A DNA stretch of 64,000 nucleotides. Origin: Felis catus. Its lineage: Eukaryota. The notes beneath the pieces were generated by a model. That model had not been told where the DNA came from, did not search any database, and saw only the letters and a program-made list of their open reading frames with translations. Positions 1 to 12,508 of the stretch are shown here, in pieces (position 1 is the first letter of the stretch; each line of letters starts with the position of its first letter). Made by a program: the position numbers and the translations under genes. Location: NCBI RefSeq assembly GCF_018350175.1, contig NC_058373.1, forward strand, positions 103,914,001 to 103,978,000. Reading direction: 5' to 3'.

Positions 1-2276
1 AGACAGCATGCATGAGGGGTGGACCAGACTGCCCTGAAGATTTGAAAGGAGATGAACAACAATAATAATAATGCTTTGCCAGAGGATGTCCTTTGAAATA
101 TCTGCAGACTGCAACAAAGTGGCTCTTCTCATATGCCGGGTTGTCTGGGCTGTTTTGCACCATTATGTGCTTTGGAGATCCTTGTAATTACAAATTTAAG
201 ACTTAAATCCTCAGTTCTTCTTTATATTTCTAAACTACCCCCATAGGTATATTTACTTCCTTCTTTTGTCAAGCTTAAACATTTCCAATTACCTCAGATT
301 CTAAAGGGAAATGTGATGGTTAAATTCCTGCACTTGTAATGACATTTATTAATCCAGTTCTGGTGAGAAATGTTGAATGTCTTGCCTTCCCAAATCATAC
401 ATTTTAATTCCAAACACACCTCCAAAGAAAATTGACATTGTTTAATTAAAACGAGGGTGCACATTAATAAGAAAGGATATCATTTTGTTATTTATATATA
501 ATTTTATTTTGTTAAAAAAAATGAACAGAGACTACTGGTAAGTTCCATAATTGCCCTCCATGGTGAAGGAATAAGTGTAGGAGAGAAGAAAAGCACAGTA
601 AGACACATATGTTAGTAAAACACTCCTTAATACTACACAAGCTGTAGAAAATGCTACTTTGCATTTGGTCCTCAACATGGCTAACTGCAAGCCATTGAGT
701 AAAAAGTGCACCTTTTAAACTAATTCCTTGGTCCGAAGATAGAACCACAACTAGAAACCTCCTCATTAATACGCTATAATGGTCAAGTAAGAGATTAATA
801 GCAAAGTCACCTGCTAAAGCAACCAGGAACCTGTTGATTAACAATAAGCCTCCAAAAATAAGATACCAGATTGCAAAGCAAAATCGAGTCTCAGGGCAAC
901 AAGTGCTTCTGTAATTTATTCCTTCTTTATATGAGGGCATAAAGCTCCCTTTATAAACGTGTTTTCCAGGCCCTGCTGTGAGCTGTAGGTGTGAGCTTTT
1001 CAGCTGATTTATTAATTTTAGTTTCAATCAACGTGTCACCTGCAGACACAAAAATGTAGGCCTCACCACAGAAAATACAATTTAAGAGAAAAAAAAAAAG
1101 TAAAAGAAAAAACAGGGCTCTGATTCAAAAAACTCTGCCAGCATTTTTTTTTTTCCCGACGAACACTGGAACGTCTATTCTTTGAGATCTCAAATAATTC
1201 CCAGCAACATAATTAAAAGAAATCAAAATTAAACATTTTTGTCATACTTCGAAAGTCAGTCTTAGACCCGGGAAGAGTAACATGAGGCCTGCCAAAACCA
1301 TCAGTTCCTCTTGTCAGTAGGGGTACATTCTCCCCAAAGAATCGAGTGAACAACAAGTCCCCTGGGCAAAATGTGCAAAAAATTCTCAATTAGTTGTCTT
1401 TATTTAGTGAGCACTATGGGGTCCTCAACCACACTATAGAATTATGGCAAGAAAGCTGAGCTCTTCACTAGCTTATTAGCATTCTCAGAGGGTTGGAGCG
1501 CTGCTGATAGCAGGCTGTTGCCTCCAAGAGCTGTTGGTGGGACCCCTACACTCCCGGGCTTTGTCCTTTTGTCCTTCCAAGCCAGCAGGAAGTACTGCCC
1601 TATGTTCGGGGCATTCTGGGATACCTTCATTCCATTCACAGTTTGCATTACCGACCGGGCCCAAGTCTTTGTTATTGACTATGACCATCACTGTTGCAGG
1701 TTTAAATGAAAAGCAAAAGCAATCCGTATGTATCAGTCAATCCTAAATGCAGGTTGAGGAAGTAGCCCCTTCCAAATGAACATCCTCGTAGGGCTGGAGT
1801 GGCCTTCTGCGGCCAAAGCCCCACAGGAAATCCATGTCCCAGGTTATAATCTGGCTGCTTTCTTTCATCCCGAAATGACGTTAGGCGAGGGGCTAGAAAT
1901 GGGAGTGGGTTAGTGAATATACCAGACTGCGTCCTCAGCGGTTACATTTTTACAGCACTCCCTTACCTATTGATCTCCTCCCCACACCCACAACCCACTT
2001 ACCTCTAAACACTCTTGTCCCAGAAAAAGAAAACGAGAAAGATGAAAAGTGAAAATAAAAGGAGAACTGGCAGCAAGTGTTAGAAATGCCTTTTCTAAAG
2101 AAGAGGGTATTTGCCGCTTTAGGGAAAACACTATCATTGACTAAATTAACAAGTTGTCTTATCAACTGCCATAAGCCTCGGAGTCTAATTAATTTAGTAC
2201 TGATCAATAGTCCTGAATGAGGCATTGATTTCTGCCTGCTCGAAAGGGCTGCAGCTGAAATCACTTTCTCTGTATG

Positions 2277-2277
<1 letters not shown>

Positions 2278-2313
<36 letters not shown>
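2278..2313. repeat. (CA)n microsatellite
   Basis: About 18 uninterrupted CA units. Confidence 0.97.
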
Positions 2314-2315
<2 letters not shown>

Positions 2316-2784
2316 CATCCAAAGCTTATGCGTTATCACATTAAGATTTTATTTCACTCCTTCTATGTGAACGGGAATTTCATGAACCAACTATAAATGA
2401 GAAAATGGAATCAAAAGCAACTTTGGAAGTAAGAACAGTTTTACTAGCAAGTGTGAACAGAGCTTGAACACTCCTGGCCAAAGTTCTGCTTCCTTAGAAA
2501 ATGTCCTTTGAGTGAGATAAAACATTAGCAAAGAAAAAAGAGAACTGAGGTGCTTTGCTTACAATAGGTAGTAAGTGCTTTAATTGGTCATAAAACATGC
2601 AAAGAGGGCTTGGGTTATTCCTTTGTCTCTTATTTTTCGAGTGCTGATGATACTTTATTAAAAGTATTCTGATCCGAAGTAATAATAACAGTAATGCTAT
2701 CTGGCCAAGGGCAGAAGCAGATGGTGAGTCTCTGATAAGAATGAAAACATGTGGCAGAGCTACACAGATTTGTCTTTTACTGCT

Positions 2785-2825
2785 GGGGTTGGTGGGCTAG
2801 GGGTGGGGGTAGGGGTGGGGGGGGG
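2785..2825 (+). other. G-rich tract able to form a G-quadruplex
   Basis: GGGGTTGGTGGGCTAGGGGTGGGGGTAGGGGTGGGGGGGGG: at least 5 runs of 3 or more G with short loops. Confidence 0.7.
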
Positions 2826-4658
2826 CGGAGGAGGACTTTCTACTTCCAAAAAAGAAAAAAAAAGATCAATGACAATATATCGGAACGGTATTGGGATGAA
2901 AATAATTCAGGCATTGGACTTTTTAAATTTGACGTGTACTGACAAAAATCTTTATTCTCTTATGATCTATATCTGTAAAAAGGTCTAGGTTTGAATTCAG
3001 ACTTTCACATCCTCCTACGGCACACTCCTTGCGTTTGCTTTTGGGCCCTCCCTGCTTTTGCGATTTGCTTTCATTGTGGCGGCCAGCTGCCCGGCACTCC
3101 TGAAAATCTTAAGAGTTTTCCCCCTCAGGCCTGGTCACTGGGCAAAGTTTTCCTCCCACTGCTAAATCATTACTCGAAATAAGAAGTACAGCCAAACTCT
3201 TCAAAGATTTTAAAGACGATGCTTCCGTTTCAGACCCAGGAAACAAGATAACGAAGGAGCTTGCTTATCTCAGAGCCGATGTTCTGCTCAAGAAACATCA
3301 CCAAAAGAAAAGGAAAAAAGGAAGAAAGAAAATGAAGAGAGGAGGCCGAAACCCAGGACCAACCTTCTTTCACAGGGTTAGAGAAACAATCCCCAAATGA
3401 TCAAAACAACACAGAATTCACCTTCTTTTCAGTGCGCTTATTTAATATAATTTGGCTTTTTGAAACTCTCTCTCTCTCTATGTATATACATATATATACA
3501 CACTCTCTCTATATATACTCTACGTATACTCTATATGTAGTTTTTCAAAATCCCAGAAAAGTCCTCCCCTTAATCTCTTTGGGGCCTCCATGAGTTTCCA
3601 TAGCACTTTACAAAAGATCTTTATTGAGGAAAGGATTGGACAAACTTTCCTTATATGTGTGGCCCACACCATTAATTGCCCCATCTCCTTTAGTGAGGCC
3701 TTATTCCTATGTAAATACCCTTGCATAATGTTACAGGCTATTGTTAGGCCAGCGCCAGTCAGTCGCCACTTATATGCATTTTTATTTCAATCCGCTGCTC
3801 AGAGAATGAAAAGATGTCTGGACTTAAGCTGTTTACCAACTGGGCCAAAGCTGCAGAGCGGCAAAACTGAAGAAAAGCCCCAAGCAACTGCGGGAACAAG
3901 CTTTTACAATGCGAGCGGCCATTTTCAGTTGAGTTATTAACCCACCCTGAAACTCTTCTAAGCTATGCCTTTTTTAAAGAACAAATGTGCTGAATCAAAC
4001 ATGAATGAGCCAGAACTATTAAGAGAGAAATCCCCTAAAGAACTATTGAACACAACATAGGTTTGTAATCATTTTGTCTCAGTTGTGGGCTACCAACATT
4101 ATCAAGGATGATAATGCTGGCTCAGTTGTGGGTTGGCTCGTAATTAAACAATAGTGTGGTACAGTAAAAACACACACGCGAGCTGCACACACCCAGAGTC
4201 AGAGAACTGCGTGCAAGAGATGAGAAGACTGAGTTAATAGTTCACCACCAAGACCTTGCTACCAATTTGGTCACCAAAACACGGTGATCTCCCTTGGGAG
4301 CATTGGAAAACTGCTTCTGAATCAAGTGTCGCTCCCCCAGCACGCTACGGCCTCCTCCATTCTTAAATTGAAAACATAAAATAATTTTTACTTTATGGTT
4401 GTAAAGATCCGAGGGAATGAGACACCATGAAAATAAAGGAGCAAAATTCTACCGAAGGGAGCTGGCTGTTTCTCTGCAAAATGTGCTGCAGGCGACCAAC
4501 ATCGTACTTATTTAATGGCAACCACAATCTGAGTTAGTGTGGTATTAGCCTAAAGAAACTCTTGACTATTTGCATGCTTATTAGAATCCAATGAGTGCTT
4601 AATAAGTGCATATATATGACAGAGGAAACATCTCATTGCATAGTTAGTGCTACAGGAA

Positions 4659-4690
<32 letters not shown>

Positions 4691-4694
4691 ACAC
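4659..4694. repeat. (CA)n microsatellite
   Basis: AC run with one AT interruption. Confidence 0.95.
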
Positions 4695-5915
4695 GCTGAG
4701 GAAAGCAGTCTTGAGTTAATTACCATCACAATGCAATCAAGTACAACAGTCATAGCTGAAAACCGTTTCTATTAAAGCTGCTAGACTCAACCTTGCCTCT
4801 GCAGGTCAGCTGCGGCACTGATAACCTTTCCAGCAGACAAATACATGTAACATTGCCTCATCTAATTAAAAGCTCAGGGAGGTGTAGAAAAATACCAGCA
4901 CATTGAATCCGAGCAAATGAGTGCTGCCTTCGGCTGATGAAGCTACCATATGCTGCTGCTGTTTACTCTGGAAGGAAACTGAGTCACTTAACATTTCAAT
5001 AGGTTAATCAATTGACAATTAAATGGAGAAATTGGTTAACTCTGAAAACAATTAACATGACACTCCATTAAGTACACTTTCTAATTGCCACAGCTGTGAG
5101 TGGAAATTAACGTGCATGTTAAAGCATCTAACTGGGGTGGCACTGTTTTTTGTGTTTGAGAAAACGGAATTAGCTGAAAACTCGGGTTTTATTTTATAGA
5201 TTAGACAGTAGGAATTCTATCATCAACTGCAGTTTTAGCAGAGGGGAGCTATGTACATTTTTTCATTCTTTTAAGGGCTCACTTCAAGTTGTTGAAATAT
5301 TTAATTTGCAATAATTAATTAAAATAGCCTACACCCCTCCTACCAAATTATGGGTTGGCGTACAAAATGGGAAATCTCTCCCTTTGCCCATTTTGTGGAC
5401 AGAATTACTTTGCAGGATCAGGTATATTTCAAGATTTCCTTTCTAATTAAACGATGCAATACGCAAGTCTTAAAGTCAGAATTTTTGCCGAACATTTCTG
5501 TGAATGGCTTCTGATTGTTGGCCTGGTTCCCTAGCCTTACTATAAAATAGTAACAATGGTGTTTGTTAATAACAGTTTTAAGTTGGAGGATTTGGATTTT
5601 TACAGGCTATTAAACATGCTAGCTAGCAAGCAGGCAATCATTAAGGCAAAGAATATTCATTTACAAAAGAGGTGATAATTTAAGCGACTCATAAATGTTT
5701 CTGATCTATATTAAGTGTGAAATATATATTTTGTGAATGAATGAGTATCTTTAAGAGCTGATTATAAACATTTTATAATCTTCCTCCTTCCCACCCCTTT
5801 TGGTAGCTTTACTATCCCTGGATACACAAAAATGGAGAGGATAAATCCTACTTTGAGGGGCCGGTGGTCTGTCTGGCAATGGAGTAAGAGAATGGCATTT
5901 AAGAAGAAGAAGGTA

Positions 5916-6022
5916 GGGGTGCCTGGTTGGCTCAGCCTGTGGAGCACGTGACTCTTGATCTTGGAGTCGTGGGTTTGAGTCCCACATTGGAGGTAGAGTC
6001 TACTTAAAACAAACAAAAAAAA
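5916..6022 (+). mobile_element. Short tRNA-derived CanSINE (no CT-rich linker)
   Basis: GGGGTGCCTGGTTGGCTCAG head, GACTCTTGATCT, B-box-like GGTTTGAGTCCC, GTAGAG..TACTTAAAA tail. Confidence 0.9.
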
Positions 6023-6059
6023 TTAAGAGGGTAAAGGACACAGCTAGTGCAGAAGGGGA

Positions 6060-7300
6060 ACACTAAGACTTAAAATTTTCCGGTTTGGGCATCTGGTTAG
6101 ATGGTGAGGTGATTCATCAAAATAGCAATAAAGAAGAAAGGTGGAATGGGGTAGGGATACTAGATAATGAACTTAACGTGGAATATGTTGAGTTCAAAGT
6201 GCTGTAAAACATGCGGCTGCAGATGTCAGCGGGACAGATGGATGGATGGAAACTCATGGACTAGAGATATTTCGGAGTTCTCAGAGTACATGTGAGTGCT
6301 AATACCATGGAAGTGGGATGAGATTTCACTTCCATTTTTTTTTCTGCATCGAAGAAGACCAGGAGAGGGTGGAGGAGAAGACCTTGGGTAATACCAGCAT
6401 GCTTGGGTGGACAGAGGGAAGAATCAGCAAAGGAGGCTGAAAAGAGGTCAGAGGAAAAAGAGAACAAGGAGAGAGTGATCCTGGAGGTCAAGGGAAGAGA
6501 GCACCACTGATGCCCAAGACATCTAGTAAAACGAGGGCAATTTGAACTACTGGTACCGACTGATGGTTGGTTAGTGTGAGGAAGGCTTGAGTCAGAACAC
6601 AGTTCCCGTGGGGAGTTAATGGGAGGTGAGCAAGGAGGGGTGTTGAGTGTGAGCTACTTGGAGGAGCTTTGTTGCAAGGAACAGAGAGGGCAGGGGCTTG
6701 AGGACCGGAGGATGGAGGGCAGTTTTGTCTGTTTATACCTAAGTTTGGAAACAGCCATAGGTTAGGCTATATTTGAACAATCCAGAATGGGAAGATGAGG
6801 AGATTCTGGACTGCTGGCTTCTTTTCATGCGTGTATTTTTTTAGTCTGAAATGTTGAAGGAGGAAAAAATGGTTTGGCATCACTGCCGAGAGGGCTGGAA
6901 GAGGGATGTGACTGAGAATGGAGGAGAAGGATTACCACTGAAAGGCTAGCTGGAATTGGACACAACATCCTGTGGTCATACTCATTCATATTGCAGTGGG
7001 ATTTTTCCCTAGGAGGACTCCTTCATTCATGTATTTATTCATCCATTCAACAAAAATTAATGAATGCTTGCCATGTGCCAGGTACCATTCTAGGCTAGCA
7101 AGACATGGTAATGAGTGAGACAGACAAGGTCCCTGCCCTCAAGGAACTAGGGAGTTCCTGGAAAGGATCCTATTTTAAATTTGGCACCTCCTAGGAGGCG
7201 ACCTTTGAGTCTTTTTCTGAAGGATGGGAAAGACCTGGAGGTCAAGGATCTTGGTGGAAGAACATTCTAGGAGTTGGGAGAATGGAGAGTTCCTTGAGGT
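6060..7300 (-). mobile_element. Degraded L2 LINE fragments
   Basis: Purine-rich body plus L2 3'-end signature TTCATTCATG..ATTCAACAAA..TGCTTGCCATGTGCCAGGTACC at about 7020-7100. Confidence 0.65.
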
Positions 7301-7629
7301 TGAAGGACATGTGTCCACATAACCAGCTGTTTCCTACTTCATCAAGTCTTAACCACTGTAACAGCCACGTGAAGTGGATTATATGCTACCTTGAATTCGT
7401 CTTTAGTTACTAGTGTTTGTATATAACCCTTTTGAACAATGCTGCTTCTAGAGCCGACACTTAAAACACTGTTTTTCCCTCCTTAATCAGTGAGCAAAAT
7501 GAACTTTATGAGATACAAATTTGGTAGTTTTAACTTTTTGTTAGGTTTGCTCTGGGATCTTTGAATGATCTTCAATTAAGAAACCCAGGCTGTGGCACAA
7601 AGGGTACTTGTCCTGTGAGATCCCTTTCT

Positions 7630-8080
7630 TCTGTGGTAATAGCTCCAGATTTTTATCTGGACATAAGACTATCCAGGAAAAAGGCAAAATTTTTCAGTCT
7701 TCCTTAGAGCTACACATGGCTATATGACTGGCTTTTGGACAATGGGCTATGGAGGGAATGATGTGTATAACTTCTAAGAAGTGCTATTAAAGGAAGTGGT
7801 GTCCTTCTCCCTTTTCTCCCTCCACTGCTTTTGTCCATCTAGTTGTTTAGAAGGTAGATGTGATGGCTGAGTTGTCGTCTTAGACTATGTAGTCAACGCC
7901 ACACTTGGGAGTTAGTAGAGTGAAAAGTGAGAGTAGTCTAGATTGCAGATGACCAAGGAACTGTCACACCAGCCGTAAGTTGTTTCCACATTGACCCACA
8001 TGAAAAAGAAGTAAACGTATATATTGTATAAGGCGTGGTCATAACACATGGACACATTTTTGTCCTAACTATTCAATCAT
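7630..8080 (+). mobile_element. MaLR LTR (MLT1-like) relic
   Basis: Motifs resembling MLT1 (ATGGCTATATGACT..TTTTGGACAATGG, ATGTGATGGCTGAG, GTCTTAGACTATG); subfamily uncertain. Confidence 0.6.
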
Positions 8081-8193
8081 ACCCTTTCCTATCATATCCT
8101 ATCCTACCCTATCCTAAACTGTGTTCAAACTACATACATAACAAGGGTCTATTAAACAACCATTATTTTTTCATTAAAAAAATTGATTTATTT

Positions 8194-8522
8194 GGGGTGC
8201 CTGGCTGGCTCAGCCTGTAAAGCATGCAACTCTTTTTTTTTTTTTTCAACATTTATTTATTTTTGGGACAGAGAGAGACAGAGCATGAACGGGGGAGGGG
8301 CAGAGAGAGAGGGAGACACAGAATCGGAAACAGGCTCCAGGCTCTGAGCCATCAGCCCAGAGCCCGACGCGGGACTCGAACTCACGGACCGCGAGATCGT
8401 GACCTGGCTGAAGTCGGACGCTTAACCGACTGCGCCACCCAGGCGCCCCAGTAAAGCATGCAACTCTTGATCTCAGGGTTGTGAGTTCAAACACCACACT
8501 GGGCATAGGACTTACTTAAAAA
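8194..8522 (+). mobile_element. Short CanSINE interrupted by a younger SINEC_Fc
   Basis: 5' part 8194-8234 and 3' part 8451-8522 join into one short SINE once the insert and one TSD copy are removed. Confidence 0.9.
8233..8449 (-). mobile_element. Young felid SINEC_Fc, full length
   Basis: CpG-intact, near-consensus; 18-bp TSD GTAAAGCATGCAACTCTT at 8217-8234 and 8451-8468. Confidence 0.96.
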
Positions 8523-8535
8523 TTTTGATTCCATA

Positions 8536-9445
8536 TTGTTTAAAGTTTTATTGAGATATAATTGGCATATAAAGATTGTATATATTGAAAGTTTACAACT
8601 TTATTGTTTTTTACTTTTACTTTTAATTTTTAAAAAAAATTTTAATGTTTATTCATTTTTGAGAGACGGAGTGTCAGCGGGGGAGGGGCAGACAGACAGA
8701 GAGAGCGACACAGAATCAGAAGTAGGCTCCAGGCTCCGAGCTATCAGCACAGAGCCTCCCTTGGGGCTTGAACTCAACCAACGCGAGATGATGACCCGAG
8801 CCAAAGTCAGACACTTAACCAACTGAGCCACTCAGGTGCCCCTTTATTTTTATTTTTTGAGGGGGGGAGGGGCAGAAAGAGAGGGAGAAAGGGAATCCTA
8901 AGCAGACTCCTTGCCCAGGCTGAAGAAGGGCTCCATCTCACCACCTCAGGATTATGACCTGAGAGGAAATCAAGAGTGGGACGCTTAACTGACCGAGCCC
9001 CTCAGGGGCCCGTACTTGATTTTTTAAAGATTTTACTTTTAAGTAATCTTTACACCCAACGTGGGGCTCAAACTTACCCCAAGATCAAGAATCACATGCT
9101 CTACCCACTGAGCCAGCCAGGTACCCCTATAACTTTTTAAAAATGTTTATTTATTTTTGAGAGACAGAGAGAGGGAAGGGCAGAGAGGGAGGGAGACACA
9201 GAATTCCAAGCAAGCTCCAGCCTCTGAGCTGTCAGCACAGAGCCTGACTTGGGGCTCGAACCCACCAACCGTGAGATCATGACCTGAGCGGAAGTCAGAC
9301 ATTTAACCGACTGAGCCACCCAGGTGCTCCTTTTTTAAAAAAACATTTTTTAAATGTCAGGCACCCCTATAACTTGATGTTCTGACAAATTTATACATTG
9401 TGAAAAGATCACGACCATCAAGCTAATTAACATAACCATCACTTA
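8536..9445 (-). mobile_element. L1 3'-end fragment split by four minus-strand CanSINEs (about 8620-8842, 8843-9010, 9019-9127, 9134-9330)
   Basis: TTTTATTGAGATATAATTGGCATATAA...TTTACAACTT resumes at about 9370 as TGATGTTCTGACAAATTTATACATTGTGAA..CATCAAGCTAATTAACATAACCATCAC; four SINE heads lie between. Confidence 0.8.
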
Positions 9446-9944
9446 GGTATCCCCCCGGCTTTTCTAATGTTCTCTACTTTGCTTTTAGGAAAAGCCTGCA
9501 TTAGTGCCTGTTTTCCCTAACCAAAAGAAATTCAAAGAGGATTCTTGCTTTTATGGAAAAAGGTGAAAAGTGAAAACAACATTCAACATTTGTTTTGCAG
9601 GGAGGCCTTACAGAGGTAGCGTGTACCCCAAGCAGCAAGGATGGCCCTGTCAAGCTCCTCTGGGAACTACACTTAGCATCTCAACGCCAAGTTGGCCAGA
9701 GCTTTGAACAGTGTCTGTGAGCATCTGTGCTTTATCTCGATTCATTTTGCGCATCCATTAGCAAGATGTGTTCTAAGGTATCAGGAAAGTCTTAAGAGAG
9801 TGTATAGCCTTCAGGTCTGAGAATGCTCAAAAGTTTTTCATCTGAATTCCTGGTAATCACTTCTTTTAATGCCATTTCATTTACAAAAGATTCCATAGGA
9901 ATGCTCTACTTTGATGCAGTGGAGGAAACCTGCACCATACTGTC

Positions 9945-9990
9945 TGTGTGTGTGTGTGCGTGTGTGTGTGTGCGTGTGTGTGTGTGTGTG
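9945..9990. repeat. (TG)n microsatellite with CG interruptions
   Basis: Seen directly. Confidence 0.95.
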
Positions 9991-10559
9991 TTATGTTGTT
10001 TGTGCATGGTGAGGCGACTATTGCTTTTTGACTTTGTGAGTTTTGAGATTGTGTGACAAATTTCCTTGACATAATAGTCTAGAAATAAACTACTTCTGAG
10101 TGATCAGGTAAATGTTAACTCCATGTAAATCCAAATATAATGATCGTCATTCTATAAAACAAAGCTGTTTCCTTTTCCCAGTGGGTGATCATAATAAGCC
10201 CCTTTTGTCTTATATGAACACACTGCTGTGGCATTCTGTGCCTATTTGCCTTATCATCATTGATAGCCTTCCCATGTAAACGTATGGAAATGCCTACCTT
10301 GGTTAACTTTTCTTATGGGATTGAGTCATCAAAAACAGGAATTTTGCTGTGTTTTCATGTTAGCAAGCACTGAGAAGAGATGAGATTTTAGTTATTTTGT
10401 AGTTTTTTGGTAGCAATATCCATCGACTCCGTGTGTTTCAGACCCATTTTATGGACCTCCCTAGAATTGCTTGGCCTGTGTGCCTTCCCGACGCTCCTCT
10501 GCTTGTTCAATAGGCAACCTGGCCACCACTATTGTTAGTGCCTTGTCTTCTAAAACTGC

Positions 10560-11025
10560 TGGAGGTTCTAAAACTTTCTTAGTTCTGGCCTAGGACTCCC
10601 CGCATTGGGAGTCATAGCAGTTCCAGTAGCCAGACCTCATCCTGCCATACTCACAGAGACTCTGGCTTGTCCCATCACTTGTGGACCCAAATGCGTCACT
10701 ACATCTTGGGGCATCAGATTTGGCTTACTAGGCAGATGGCCAGTGGAGCTGGTTAACAAGAAGTGTTTTTCTCTCACTTTAACCAGTGAGAGATTGGGAC
10801 TAACAGGCAGTTCCATGCTCCCTGCCTGGAAGATGTCTCCCATCATTCAATGGCTGGGTTTTCTTATTATGCTGTGGTCAATTCACCGTCGATCATGTTT
10901 TACCTGATTTTCTTTCTTCTCTGCCTCACTTCTTCTTTTCCCTCACTTTTAATACCCTGGCGTTGTACCTCCCAATAAAGCCTTCCATCATAACATTTGC
11001 CTTAGCACTGTTTCTAGGGATACTC
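10560..11025 (+). mobile_element. Old ERVL-type LTR relic
   Basis: Ends CCTCCCAATAAAGCCTTCCATCATAACATTTGCCTTAGCACTGTTTCTAGGGA, resembling LTR16/33-class 3' ends. Confidence 0.45.
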
Positions 11026-11457
11026 CTATTCCAGAAATGTGATGGAGATGGCAATGAATGGTGGCATCATCATTGATATTTCAGCCCATTTTTTTCAGAA
11101 GAGAATGCAGCATAGGAAGGAAAGAAGAGTATAGTCAGTATACTGACTGAATCACCTCGGCTGGATTCCCTTTGTGAGGAACAGTCCGTACGCGTATAGT
11201 TGAGCATAGTAGAAGTTACACAACTTATAAAGGAGTAAATTCAGACAGTTCAGGTTTTTAAAGCAATTCTAGCAGTGCTTTGTTGATGTGGTTATATCCA
11301 GTTCTAAAGAAAAAGTAAGTTTCACACTTTATTGTTTACAGTCTCCAGTTATATGACAGTTAATCTTAGGACAGAGCTTAAATGGTTCTTCAGAAGAGAG
11401 ACGAGTTAGGCTGAGTCATAACTAACTGCTTCAGTTCACATTTAAAATTGGTGCCTC

Positions 11458-12095
11458 GGGATGCCTGGGTGGCTCAGTCAGTTAAGCGTCTCACTTAGGC
11501 TCAGGTCATGATCTCAACGTTTGTGAGCTGGCGCACCGAGTCAGGCTCTGTGCTGACAACTCTGAGCCTGGAGCCTGCTTTGGATTCTGTGTCTCCCTCT
11601 CTTTCTGCCCTTCCTCTGCTCAAGCTCTCTCTCTCTCAAAACATAAATACATACGTACATATATACATACATAATTAAAATTAAAATTAAAATTTAAATT
11701 TAAATGAAAAAAATAGGTGTTTAAGGGGAGGCTGGCTGACTCATTCAGTAAAGCATGCACAACTCTTGTCCCAGGGTTGGGACTCCAAGCCCCATGCTGG
11801 GCATAAAGCTCACTTAAATAAATAAATAATGTTCTTTAAAAAAAAAAAAATTGGGGGGGCATCTGGGTGGCTCAGTCGGTTAAGTGTCCAACTCTTGATT
11901 TCGGCTCAGGTCATGATCACGGTTGCGTGAGTTCAAGCCCCACATCAGGCTCTGCACTGACTGCATGGAGCCTGCTTGGGTTTCTCTCTCTTTATCTCTC
12001 TGCCCATCCCCCGCTCATGCTCTTTCTCTCGCAAAATAAATGAACCTTAAAAAATTGTTTAAAAAAGAGAATGTTTTTTAAAATAATAAATAAGT
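11458..12095 (+). mobile_element. Three tandem plus-strand CanSINEs (long, short, long)
   Basis: Heads at about 11458, 11725 and 11853, each followed by an A-rich tail. Confidence 0.92.
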
Positions 12096-12280
12096 AAAAC
12101 TGGTGTTTAAAATGTGCCCAGGCATCATTTCACATGTGGTGCTACAGTGAGAAATCAGCACAATTCTGCATATGTTTTTTGCATCTTCTCACAACCCTGG
12201 ACTGAAGAGTAGAGAAAATGGATGGTTGAGTTTATCGAGGCCTGGGAATACCTTCCCCCTCCCCACTTTTTTTAAGCTTC

Positions 12281-12508
12281 TTTTTTTTTTTTTAATTTTT
12301 TTTTAACGTTTATTTTATTTTTGAGACAGAGAGAGACAGAGCACGAACGGGGGAGGGGCAGAGAGACAGGGAGACACAGAATCGGAAGCAGGCTCCAGGC
12401 TCTGAGCTGTCAGCACAGAGCCTGACATGGGGCTTGAACTCACGGACCACGAGATCATGACCTGAGCTGAAGTCGGCCGCTTAACCGTCTGAGCCACCCA
12501 GGCACCCC
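12281..12508 (-). mobile_element. CanSINE (SINEC_Fc-type)
   Basis: Full length; flanked by TAAGCTTCTTT duplication. Confidence 0.95.

Noticed and set aside
512..1027. Longest ORF (171 aa, minus strand)
   Set aside because: Non-ATG start, Leu/Phe/Ser-rich composition typical of AT-rich non-coding DNA, no recognisable family or exon structure.
5916..6000. tRNA-like sequences at the heads of short elements
   Set aside because: tRNA-derived SINE heads with A-tails and TSDs; no intact cloverleaf.
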